Below are positions 38,201-45,408 of a DNA stretch of 47,500 nt, in pieces (the stretch's first letter is position 1; every line of letters begins with the position of its first letter). The DNA comes from Octopus bimaculoides (Eukaryota), in contig NC_068989.1 in the NCBI RefSeq assembly GCF_001194135.2, positions 23,289,881 through 23,337,380 on the forward strand, read 5' to 3'. The position numbers were made by a program, and so were the translations under genes. The notes under the pieces were generated by a model. The model made no database searches and was not told the DNA's origin. It saw only the letters and a program-made list of their open reading frames with translations.

Positions 38201-39982
38201 TTGCATTGGTTTGAAGTTGCATTGTCCTTTGTTCATCCATTTCTGAAGCCCTTGCAGTGGATATTAAAGCAGAATTCAAAACCTAATGATTTGTGTGCTG
38301 TGCTGGTGACCCTGCAGTCCGTGCAGCAGCAGTAGTTTTAGCATTACATGCCCTCCAAGCTGTGCATTGTTGTGACTGAAGCCCTTGCAGTAGCAATAGT
38401 TTCAGCATTACACTTCCTTCTGGCTGTGTGCTGTTGTTGAGAGTCTGCAGCTGAAGCATTTTTGGTATGACGGGCCAACTGGATAGCCTGTTGTCAAGGT
38501 GACTCTGTAACCCTTGCAGCTGAAGCGTTTTTGGCAAGACATGCCAATAGGATAGTCCATTGTTGAAATGACTCAGTAGCGCCCTGGTGGCAACAGTTGC
38601 AGCATGACAGGCTTGGCGGGCCACCAGCTCTTTAGATTTTGAAGCCTTAATGGTTGCAAAAATTGCAGGTGCATGTACTGCATGGGCAGTGGCATCAACC
38701 TGCTGGGACAGTCTGTGGGACCTCTGGTCTTGTTTCGTTATCCTGATATCATCTGACTTTGAGAGCAGCATGAGACAGTCTACCTATGTGAGCTCACTTT
38801 CTCCCTGGTGGCATTGCAAGGTTATCTGCAAAATGAAGGTAGAGAGGGGTTAAGTTGAATGCCTGAATGATGTTTGCTGAGTGGGTTCAGAAAATTGTCA
38901 CAATGGCCTTAGGAAGGGTTGAGACGTTTGAGCCTTAGGGCATCTTCCTCAAGGAAGTGCTAACGTGCAAATATTGGCAGTTTGCCGTGATTAGGCGTTG
39001 TAAAAACTGTACAAGTGTCACAACTTGGTATCAGTAACAGCAGAGAATATTTATAATATTGATTAATTTCTGAAGGCATTTGAAAGATAAATAGAAGTTG
39101 ATTTAAATTGCATAGGAAGTGCTAATGTGCAAATATCGGCAGTAAATGGGCATTGTAAAAACTTTAGTGGAAGACGAAATGAAAGTAGCATAACTATGTC
39201 ATCAAGAGTAATGTCCCTTGAAGCAATGATCATTGGTATTTGTTATTTACCTATGAGGTGCTTTTGTCCCCTCGGGGTGGCAGTACTCATTATGTGGAAA
39301 ATTTAAAGAGTCTATGACCATCTAGAACATAAGTGATGTATGTTCAAATTGGCCAGGTCTGACATCTCACACCTGCCCTAGAATATCATTTTGAACATAA
39401 ACAATCACGAAGTCTGCAAGATAAAGCAGGATGAATTCAAAACAATGTGAATAAATTAGCATTGCATTTGACTCTGAACGCCAAAGGGTTTAAAGTGATC
39501 TGTAATCAAAGCCTTCCTTCAAAATTTGAAGTTGATATACATTCCAGACACCAGCTTAAAAACAAAAAGGTTATTTCACTTCATTCCTTATTATTTAAAG
39601 AATTAATTGAAACAATGGCAGTGTATTTTGACAGAAATATGGTAAAAGTTTATTAGTGATCAAAATTAAATCTTTCATCAAAATTTAATGAGAATTTATG
39701 ATCCAAACACCAGCTTAATATAGTTATTTTACTAAACTCATTTTCAAATTACATGAAACCGACCAAAAAGAAAAAACAAACCAATGGGTTAATCATTCAT
39801 TGTACTGTATTATTTAATCTTTCGTTTTTGTTGAAACTTTTTGCTACTCTTGTTTGCCTGTTATTCATGTTTTTTTTCGTTTTTTTTCTGATGCAGATTT
39901 CAGTGAAGACCAAATGATACACATTTTACTTCTTCATGATGATGTAACTCTCCAGTATTTTATGCCAGCTGTATCAGTCTAA
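11595..39982 (+). CDS. HUS1: HUS1 checkpoint clamp component, 8 coding exons: join(11595-11646,15253-15380,19561-19737,20324-20431,22629-22703,34837-34936,37562-37693,39897-39982), 858 nt, 285 aa
   Basis: Spliced by hand. All introns are GT-AG and the frame is continuous. Protein begins [35 protein letters not shown], contains [40 protein letters not shown] and [10 protein letters not shown], and ends [17 protein letters not shown]. It aligns by eye along the full length of human HUS1 as recalled. Confidence 0.96.
11774..11844. repeat. 71-bp fold-back (mini-MITE) with a CTAACC loop
   Basis: 25-bp arms 23/25 complementary; loop taaaaactaaccctaacccat. Confidence 0.8.
13726..13827. repeat. Near-perfect 42-bp inverted repeat with an 18-nt loop
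   Basis: Arms 13726-13767 and 13786-13827 differ at one position. Confidence 0.92.
14290..14430 (+). mobile_element. RTE-tail repeat (family C)
   Basis: gttggcattgggaagggcatccagccatagaaac...aacccatacaagcatgg. Confidence 0.75.
14686..15062 (+). mobile_element. SINE with an A-type head and a different body; a related copy lies at 23345-23730
   Basis: Degenerate family A head to ctgaaagaa, then a distinct body ending in a C-like tail (aggaaaggcatctgaccatagaaa). Confidence 0.6.
15253..15380 (+). CDS. HUS1: HUS1 exon 2 ([17 protein letters not shown]...[11 protein letters not shown])
   Basis: Acceptor ttttctttacag; donor CAA|gtaaat; 128 nt. Confidence 0.95.
15633..15845 (+). mobile_element. SINE B
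   Basis: ggtggtgagctggcagaattgttagc...gttctgagttcaaattc. Confidence 0.8.
17680..17916. mobile_element. hAT (Charlie-type) MITE
   Basis: TIRs cagaggctttcaaact and agtttgaaaacccctg; perfect 8-bp TSD ctctaaga (17672-17679, 17917-17924). Confidence 0.9.
17940..18630 (+). mobile_element. L1/Tx1-clade LINE RT fragment; 16760-17350 may be its decayed ORF1
   Basis: [14 protein letters not shown] and [20 protein letters not shown] motifs. The ORF1 assignment is weak. Confidence 0.72.
18630..19460 (+). mobile_element. RTE LINE fragment with an inverted 5' segment (18630-18830 on the minus strand)
   Basis: Minus: [14 protein letters not shown]...DFADDAVIL. Plus: [13 protein letters not shown]...[14 protein letters not shown]...EVLKRLG...TWTL. 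Confidence 0.78.
19561..19737 (+). CDS. HUS1: HUS1 exon 3 ([11 protein letters not shown]...PCLTLEVDL)
   Basis: Acceptor taatttcag; donor TTG|gtaagt; 177 nt; overlaps ORF 19582..19923. Confidence 0.97.
19855..20150 (-). mobile_element. SINE A, internally deleted
   Basis: Reverse-complement tail at 19855-19960 and head at 19995-20150. Confidence 0.75.
20324..20431 (+). CDS. HUS1: HUS1 exon 4 ([16 protein letters not shown]...EPDVPDFD)
   Basis: Acceptor ttcattttag; donor GAT|gtaagt; 108 nt. Confidence 0.96.
20895..21139 (+). mobile_element. RTE-tail repeat C followed by (TA)n running into an assembly gap
   Basis: gtggttggcattaggaagggcatc...aacccatggcagcatggaaa. Confidence 0.8.
21140..21470. 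other. Assembly gap (N)
   Basis: Run of N. Confidence 1.
21580..21637 (-). ncRNA. Minimal type I hammerhead ribozyme (PLE or retrozyme type)
   Basis: Minus strand CAGG-CTGATGA-GGAATAGACAAAT(ggtaaga)ATTTGTTAAATCC-GAA-ACCGGT-T-CCTG. All core nucleotides present; stem I CAGG/CCTG; palindromic stem III ACCGGT. Confidence 0.82.
21960..22110 (+). mobile_element. Internally deleted SINE A head joined to a reversed C tail
   Basis: ggtgtggctgtgtggttaagaag...aaagaagccc followed by (cat)n cgtcgtttaacgtccg. Confidence 0.65.
22326..22520 (+). mobile_element. tRNA-derived SINE, third family
   Basis: ggaggtgcatggcttaatgg (A box), ggttttgattcc (B box), ttcttgagcaaaac central domain. Confidence 0.6.
22629..22703 (+). 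CDS. HUS1: HUS1 exon 5 ([25 protein letters not shown])
   Basis: Acceptor ttctatag; donor GTG|gtgagt; 75 nt. Confidence 0.96.
22765..22945 (-). mobile_element. RTE-tail repeat C, starting about 60 bp after exon 5
   Basis: Reverse complement of the family C sequence. Confidence 0.8.
23787..25264. mobile_element. piggyBac-family element spanning an assembly gap
   Basis: Perfect 14-bp TIRs ccctttcgttacca and tggtaacgaaaggg; TTAA on both sides; subterminal repeats accaa..gcccaaa.ccgccc. Confidence 0.85.
24050..24946. other. Assembly gap (N)
   Basis: Run of N. Confidence 1.
25405..25590 (+). mobile_element. RTE-tail repeat C
   Basis: gtggttggcattaggaagggcatcc...atggaaaatggatgt...gacgatgatg. 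Confidence 0.7.
26355..26615 (+). mobile_element. SINE A lacking its head
   Basis: ggaaactgaaagaagac...gactgaaacaagtaaag. Confidence 0.8.
26795..26965 (-). mobile_element. SINE B
   Basis: Reverse complement of family B. Confidence 0.75.
27481..27678. mobile_element. MITE with ccctttagcatt / aatgctaaag ends; an inverted relative lies at about 39330-39490
   Basis: Imperfect TIRs; internal similarity to 39330-39490. Confidence 0.55.
28330..28453. repeat. Imperfect AT-rich minisatellite (about 35-bp unit, 3-4 copies)
   Basis: Recurring agaattttaattca.cta.ataaaatag. Confidence 0.65.
28700..29960 (-). mobile_element. Tigger/pogo (Jerky/TIGD-like) transposase remnant
   Basis: [30 protein letters not shown]...[22 protein letters not shown] and [14 protein letters not shown] motifs; no clear TIRs. 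Confidence 0.85.
30653..30865. mobile_element. Tc1/mariner-type MITE
   Basis: TA|tgaggaggtgctgaaaagttcctggcttt ... aaagccaggaacttttcagcacc. Confidence 0.8.
30890..31260 (-). mobile_element. RTE LINE 3' end including the C tail
   Basis: Same C-terminal motif ([16 protein letters not shown]) and 3' UTR as 6180-6520. Confidence 0.7.
31450..31610 (+). mobile_element. RTE-tail repeat C
   Basis: aaaagcaccc...agggcatccagccatagagac...catgccagcatg. Confidence 0.75.
32070..32452 (-). mobile_element. SINE A, full length
   Basis: Reverse complement of the complete head-microsatellite-tail structure. Confidence 0.9.
32465..34165 (-). mobile_element. 5' part of a Gypsy LTR retrotransposon: LTR (33978-34165), PBS, gag, protease and start of RT; truncated
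   Basis: LTR TGTTATG...TACAACA. PBS TGGTGACAAGGA resembles the tRNA-Ser type TGGCGACGAGGA. gag [21 protein letters not shown], a Cys/His knuckle remnant, protease LVTGSDITI and [10 protein letters not shown]. Confidence 0.85.
34837..34936 (+). CDS. HUS1: HUS1 exon 6 ([33 protein letters not shown])
   Basis: Acceptor poly-T...ttctag; donor GGA|gtaagt; 100 nt. Confidence 0.96.
34990..35385 (-). mobile_element. SINE A
   Basis: Reverse-complement tail, (TA)n and head, starting about 55 bp after exon 6. Confidence 0.85.
35389..35796 (+). mobile_element. Gypsy-type LTR (35389-35786) plus a partial PBS
   Basis: TGTGAAAAT...GCCACA-AT-TGGTGTCA. Confidence 0.65.
36008..36456 (-). mobile_element. Gypsy-type LTR (36028-36456) plus a tRNA-Leu-type PBS
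   Basis: Minus strand TGCGAAAAT...GCAACA-AT-TGGCGTCAGAAATGGGAT; inverted homologue of 35389-35796. Confidence 0.7.
37145..37443. mobile_element. hAT-type MITE
   Basis: TIRs cagtagttcttgac and gttgagaaccactg; TSD degenerate (ctctgaag vs ctttaaac). Confidence 0.7.
37562..37693 (+). CDS. HUS1: HUS1 exon 7 (KDKNSD...[25 protein letters not shown])
   Basis: Acceptor ttcttttccag; donor TGTA|gtaagt; 132 nt. Confidence 0.95.
37965..38060 (+). mobile_element. SINE A head fragment
   Basis: ggctgggtggttaag...ggttcagttcc...ttgggcaagtgtttt. Confidence 0.65.
39495..39795. mobile_element. Two tandem partial copies of the 4069-4277 MITE family
   Basis: Shared ttccttcaaaattt..caccagcttaa..ttaattgaaacaatggcagtgtattttgacagaaatatggt. 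Confidence 0.55.
39897..39982 (+). CDS. HUS1: HUS1 exon 8, last coding exon ([28 protein letters not shown])
   Basis: Acceptor tttctgatgcag; TAA at 39980-39982; matches the HUS1 C-terminus LLHEDVSLQYFIPA. Confidence 0.96.
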
Positions 39983-40989
39983 CTTTTGACTTTTATGGAA
40001 ACTTACTTTATGGCGTATGTGAACAGAGAAAGATAAACAAAGTGGATGTATTTTGATTCATCCATTCAAAGTAAAACAATTTTTTTTATTATCACAATTT
40101 CACATTTGTTGGAAATGTATGGGTTTGTTTTTGCTTTTTATATAATTACCCATCTGTTATAATCAGTCACTATCATAAAACAGAAGGTATGATGCTGGAA
40201 AATACATATCTTTGACTTGGTTTTAACTTTAAGGTATGACTGTCTCATTTCATTTATATCATTAATGTGTTGGGATAAGCATGAACTGCAAAATTCCTAT
40301 TTTTCTTATCCTTAAAGATTTTACAGTTCATATCCTACCCAGGGAGAAGAATATGTAAACATTCCAGTTAATTTTCTCACAGATACGACAATCATGTTTG
40401 GACTATAATATCTTCACTGCAGTGTGTCAGTCACAACATGTCACTCATTTTTCAAGATGTGACAGCCATGTCAAATTATGGCCATACCTTCTCTGAAATG
40501 TGACAGTCATGATAAGTTATATCTGCAACTTCATTAAGATATAACAAAACCATGTGTTCTATCTCTCTCTCTCTGAGATATGACATTCACATCAAATTAA
40601 ATCTGTATTCTCATTGTTATATGACACATTCATTCCATGTCTGGTCTGAAACCTTTATTTTTGGTTAAGTACTTATAAAACCTTTTCATTTCAACTTTTT
40701 TCAGGGATGCTAATTCATGGGTAAAAAGTTGTGAAATATGTCAAATTTTATTTTGTCAATGCAAAAATTATATTTATAAAATTAAAATTTTTTTTTAAGA
40801 CATTTGTCAATAATTAGACTTGGCAATACATTCAGTTCAAACAGCACCCTATTAGGAGACGCATGAAAAATACAAAACAGATTCAAAGAAAAATTAGAAT
40901 ATATGTACTAGCCCTTTTATGAAGAGAGCATGTATCTCATTGTTCAGTGTTATGTGTTAGATGAGTATGAATGAATAAGAAAAGCAATC

Positions 40990-41550
40990 TTGAAATGTTG
41001 AGCATTTATTCCTTCATAATATTTGCATGGTAGTTCAGACACAATGAAAACTTTGAGTTCTGTAGGGTTGTTGTTTCTCCTTCATCTTGGTAGTTAAGCT
41101 TAGCCCATCATTGGTTATATGACTTTGTATGTTGATTCTTCTCTGAGGGGTCTTATTTTAAATAAGGGATTGAAGTTTGGTTCTCCATGTACTGTGGTAT
41201 TGCTTATGTCTTTCACAAAAAATCGTTTCAATGTTTTCATGTCCTTGTCATAACATTGGAAACGTACTGGTCTCTGAAAGGTTTATGATTACTCCAGTAA
41301 TTTGTAATTCTGGGTAATTTTCTTATACCCATAATAATATTTATGGCCAAAAATTCCCTTATTTCTTTTATGCTTGTGGTAAACTGCAAGCTATCTTTTT
41401 TTACAGTTTCACTTTATGTGTAACACTTGGTTTCCGCATTAATCGCTTCAAACAAGCTTACTGGAAAAATAAAAACTCATGGCTTTGACTCCTGGGAAAG
41501 TCTGTGAGTAGGTCCACTCTATTCAGAAAAATCCTTTACAAAAATAGTTT
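40990..41550 (-). mobile_element. piggyBac transposase fragment
   Basis: EIREFLAINIIMGIRKLPRITNYWS...SNVMTR and NFNPLFKIRPL motifs (DDE_Tnp_1_7 type), frameshifted. Confidence 0.8.
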
Positions 41551-41659
41551 TTAACTTCTTACTCCATTCAGGTATAGATTTGTTCTACCTGTTGCTATTG
41601 GAGTTCTCTTCAGAATTGCTGCTTTCTGTTTTGGATACAGAAATATTGGGTTCATTTTC

Positions 41660-41800
41660 ATACACCGCATGGAGAAAAGAAAGGTGTTTGTGTGGACTGA
41701 GGCATCATTGGGATCCACAAAGGTGACGCTGGTTGACAATGGAATGGTTTGGTAGGCTGTTATATGCTCTCCAGGAATCTGTGATAATCTTAGTGGTACC
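41660..41800 (-). mobile_element. Merlin / IS1595 (ISXO2-like) transposase fragment
   Basis: GTTKIITDSWRAYNSL..HSIVNH(frameshift)SVTFVDPNDASVHTNT. Confidence 0.75.
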
Positions 41801-42610
41801 TTGTATAGTAGAAACTTGTTTGAATAAGTCAGCAATTGAGTGAGCGATCATTGATTTCCCAGTGTTGGGTAATCCCTGCATAACCAAAAGATTTCTTTAG
41901 GGGGATTTCTTATTTAAGACATCCCATACAAATGTTACGAAAGTTGTTTCCAGAATAACTTGTGTCATCAGAATAGTTCTGAAAACCTTGAAAGAGTTGT
42001 TTTCATTCACGTATTGCTTATCATTATAAAAATCCCAGTCGATTTTTTTTTTTGAATTTCATTTTGAATGGTTCATTGAGTGTTTTCAGTTTTTCACACT
42101 CAAGAACTTTCTTCATCACGGTGTCGTGTTATGTCTGTTGAACCAGTAAGATTTCATGTCCTGCTCTGACCTAAATCTTTTTGAAGTGAAGATATATTGT
42201 AGGTAGTTAAATAGTGTGAGTGTAGTGCTGGCCTTCGATTTGAAGGTTGGTTCTTGATTTTCTTTATGTGGTGTTTCTTTGTTTTGTTCGTTATATGATT
42301 TCGGTAGGTAAGGTTGTTCGCACCAAGTTGAGAATTTTATAAGTAGTTGTCGAGGAGCCTGGCAAAAATAGTTTGCCATAGCTGAAGGAAATTTAACTCT
42401 CTGGCATTCAGTTATGTAACGGTGTTACTCGCCTTTTTATATAACGAGCGTATGTATTTCAATTGCTGATTTTAACCAGGTCTTGTGGAACTGTACCAAA
42501 TGATATGGAAATGGTTATATGTGTTCCACTCTTTCTTTGAGCAGTAGTGTGTTTCAGCCGGATGGTAGATGACAGTGGCCGTGTTTAATTCTATGAATAT
42601 TTTTAATTTT
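41800..42610 (-). pseudogene. Endogenous parvovirus NS1/Rep (HUH endonuclease plus SF3 helicase), disrupted
   Basis: HFHIIW at 42496-42513. DVLNKKSP*RNLLVMQGLPNTGKSMIAHSIA with Walker A at 41852-41875. A few stops and frameshifts. Confidence 0.78.
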
Positions 42611-42619
42611 TGATTACGA

Positions 42620-43146
42620 TTAAGTAAATATTTCGTTTTTGGAATTGGTTTGCAAGATCTTTTTTCAATTTCAGACAGGCAATCAATTTTTCTGACTTTT
42701 TTATATGTGGCGAATTTTGGTGGTAATTTTAAAGCATGCATCTCATTTGTATCTAATTGTACTGCACCATATATTCCAGAGGTGTTTTTGTTGTTGTTGT
42801 TGATGATGGTGGTATTGTCTTCCGGTGTCCTGGCGTCAAAGTCCTCTGGTAGTTTACATTCTGACATGACAATCCCGTTGATATTTTTTGGGTATTTGTA
42901 TTGATTCTTACCATTCTGGGCTCGTTGTTGCTGTTTCATCCACTTCAGTTTATTGTTGAAGTGTTTGTAACAGGCATGGTTAACCTGGTGGTATTCTTGT
43001 TGGATGGTTGTCATGAATTTGTCTCTTTCATATGGAGTAGTGATGGTTTTAAGTTCATGCAGTAGGACTCTCTTTCGTTTCTGATACTGGTTGATTTCTG
43101 TGTATATTTTCTTTTTGATGTGTAAGAAATATCTTTCTTTATTCAA
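42620..43146 (-). mobile_element. Penelope-like element, N-terminal ORF region (copy A)
   Basis: YGAVQLDTNEMHALKLPPKFATYKKV..DCLSEIEK resembles the PLE 'L.LGPKFA' motif upstream of RT. Confidence 0.6.
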
Positions 43147-43599
43147 CCTTTAGGTTAAATAATTAATTCCTCACATCAAACTTTAAGGAAAAATTTAAGA
43201 ATGGATAACGCAGTCTCTAAACCAGAAACATAACAATATTTATTTATGTAGTTATTCAAACAGCATGGATATTCGGCAGTTCTTGTCGGTCTATTCATAC
43301 AGCATTGGTTATTCGGCTGTTGGTCGTTTCATCACTTGTCCGCTGTCCCCATCACAAGTGTGTTGGGTCTCGAAGAGAGCGATACAAAACACGTCCTTCG
43401 CTCACAAAGTTGTCGACGCAAGAGGAAGATAAAACGCGGGAAAATGTTGAGAGAGTTGAACTACGCATGCGCATGGGACTCTTCCTGTGTTCCCTCGGAA
43501 CTATTCCCTGCGCATGCGTGGATGAAAACGCAGTAATGGCGACTGTATTTTGGCACCAAATGACGTCACTACAGATATTTTGTAACATCGTATGTTTTA

Positions 43600-43930
43600 G
43601 TTTTCTTTCTTGATGTTCTGTGAGTCCTAAATCGCTTGGCAGCTGAATTGATAGATTTTGTGTATAGTTTGGATGAGATGCATGTTTTAATGAAGTGGAG
43701 CTGTCTCAGCGTCTTGCTAGCTCGGCCAAAGCTGATTATATTTCGTTTTTGGAATTGGTTTGCAAGATTTTATTTCAATTTCAGACAGACAATATTTCTG
43801 ACCTTTTTATATGTGGCGAATTTTGGTGGTAATTTTAAAGCATGCATCTCACCTGTATCTAATTGTACTGCACCATATATTCCAGAGGTGTTGTTGATGG
43901 TGGTGGTATTGTCTTCCGGTGTCCTCTTCG
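43600..43930 (-). mobile_element. Penelope-like fragment (copy B)
   Basis: About 190-bp direct repeat of 42628-42831, followed by RASKTLRQLHFIKTCISSKLYTKSI. Confidence 0.55.
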
Positions 43931-44267
43931 AAGTTGCTACCGTGCCTGTTGACATACATGTCGTCGAAGAAAAGTGTTGCTTCGTCGTAGAGGAGACAGT
44001 CACAAGGAGGAGGGGGCTGTGTTGAGTCCGAAGGGAAAAGTTGTTCGTAAGGTGAAAATATAGCGCTGTTCCAGGTGGAGTCACGAGGGAGTGGATCCAT
44101 GGTGCAGAGCGATGCCAAAAACGGAGATGTTAGAGATCGCAAGGTGCCTATAACATTATCTTAAAATCGTTTTCTTGTATCCATGGATATATTAGCATAT
44201 ACAGTTTCTCATTTGCATTCTGAAATAAATGAAAAGAAATGGTTGTAGGTTTTTTAGTAATATTACT

Positions 44268-45086
44268 TTAACGCAGAGCTTGTCTGGTTTTACCAGTTCT
44301 GGTTGTTTCATAATTACTTATACCTTGCGGCCATTTACATAGATTTGTCTTAGCTGAATTACATATGACTGCCTTGTCTTTACCCCATGCCATCCATCCC
44401 ATGGTTAGAGGACTGCCTGACATGTATTGAAAATCTATTTCTGACTCATACGTTATTGTAATAACGAATGTTATTTGTGAGGGATTATTGGATGCAGCTG
44501 AAATAGGTAAAGCGTCTAGTGTGCAAATTGGACGAGGATTTGAAGGATTGATTCGAAATTGTGTTAAGTGTGGTCTGCCTGTATTTTCCTCCTGTGCGCC
44601 TTTGTCAACTGCCAAATCTGTACTCCAGCTGCCATCGTTAGTAGGAGCCCATATTGAATTTTTAGAGTATGTATTAACCTTGCATGGCAGGCCGTTATCT
44701 TGTTTTATTTTTGGTGGTTCATGTGTTGTTAAGAAAGCGTAATAACCCATAGCATTAAACCAACTTGGATTTCTATTGACTCATTTGTATGATGCTGTTT
44801 CTCCAGAGTATAGGTATTGCAATGCACCTGTATTGAAGTAAGATAGTAATTCTTCTGCATTTTGTTCTTTTTCCTCATTGCCTGGTAGTTCTCTTCCTTG
44901 CCAACCCCACCAGTCTTTCCTAAATAATCTGTTGCTGTGTATGTGTTGCAATTTACCTTCTCTAATTACTGGTACATTATGTGTCCAATTACTATTTAAG
45001 TGAGTGATATTGTAAGTTTGATTTGGATACCAAGCATATTTATTATCTACGTAATGTACTAACCATGGTCTGTCATTTTCTGATAG
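44268..45086 (-). pseudogene. Candidate parvoviral capsid (VP) gene fragment, about 272 codons with one in-frame TGA
   Basis: One frame is open from 45086 to 44268 except TGA at 44781-44783. The peptide is W/N/T/Y-rich with no TE motifs and lies near NS1 on the same strand. The family call comes from composition and context. Confidence 0.5.
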
Positions 45087-45189
45087 TCATGTAACTGTTG
45101 ATCCCTGCACAGATCCCAGTGTATCAGTTATCGGTATTATATTTGATATTTTGTAACCATGATTTAACTCTGAAATCTAGTACACTTAT

Positions 45190-45365
45190 ATCCTCATCCA
45201 GTATTGCTTTTTACATAGGAATACTTTGTCAGGTCCGAGGTGATATTCCCATTCGTGAACTGTTCTTCACTTGTGTGAACCATATCTCAGCCTGTTTTGA
45301 CCAGAATTGTGGTATTCTCGCTTGCCATGCTTGCATGTTTTCTATTTTGGGTCACCACTTGTAGC
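45190..45365 (-). mobile_element. Gypsy PBS plus gag N-terminus fragment
   Basis: ACA-ag-TGGTGACCC (tRNA-Trp-type PBS, 45349-45357), then RIPQFWSKQAEIWFTQV..QF..GNITSDLTKYSYV. Confidence 0.7.
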
Positions 45366-45408
45366 TTTTGTTAATAACCACACATGAGTATGTCGAAGTA
45401 TCATTTAT

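Noticed and set aside
41852-41875. Walker A as papillomavirus E1 or a cellular ATPase
   Set aside because: The upstream HUH motif at the expected distance on the same strand fits parvoviral NS1; E1 has no HUH domain. An HMM search is still needed.
43320-43375. Third hammerhead (minus strand cttgtgatg...gaaacg)
   Set aside because: The CUGANGA core is broken and stems I and II do not pair; at most a decayed remnant.
44781-44783. Programmed read-through or selenocysteine at the in-frame TGA
   Set aside because: A single TGG-to-TGA change in a decaying insert is simpler, and no SECIS-like structure was seen.
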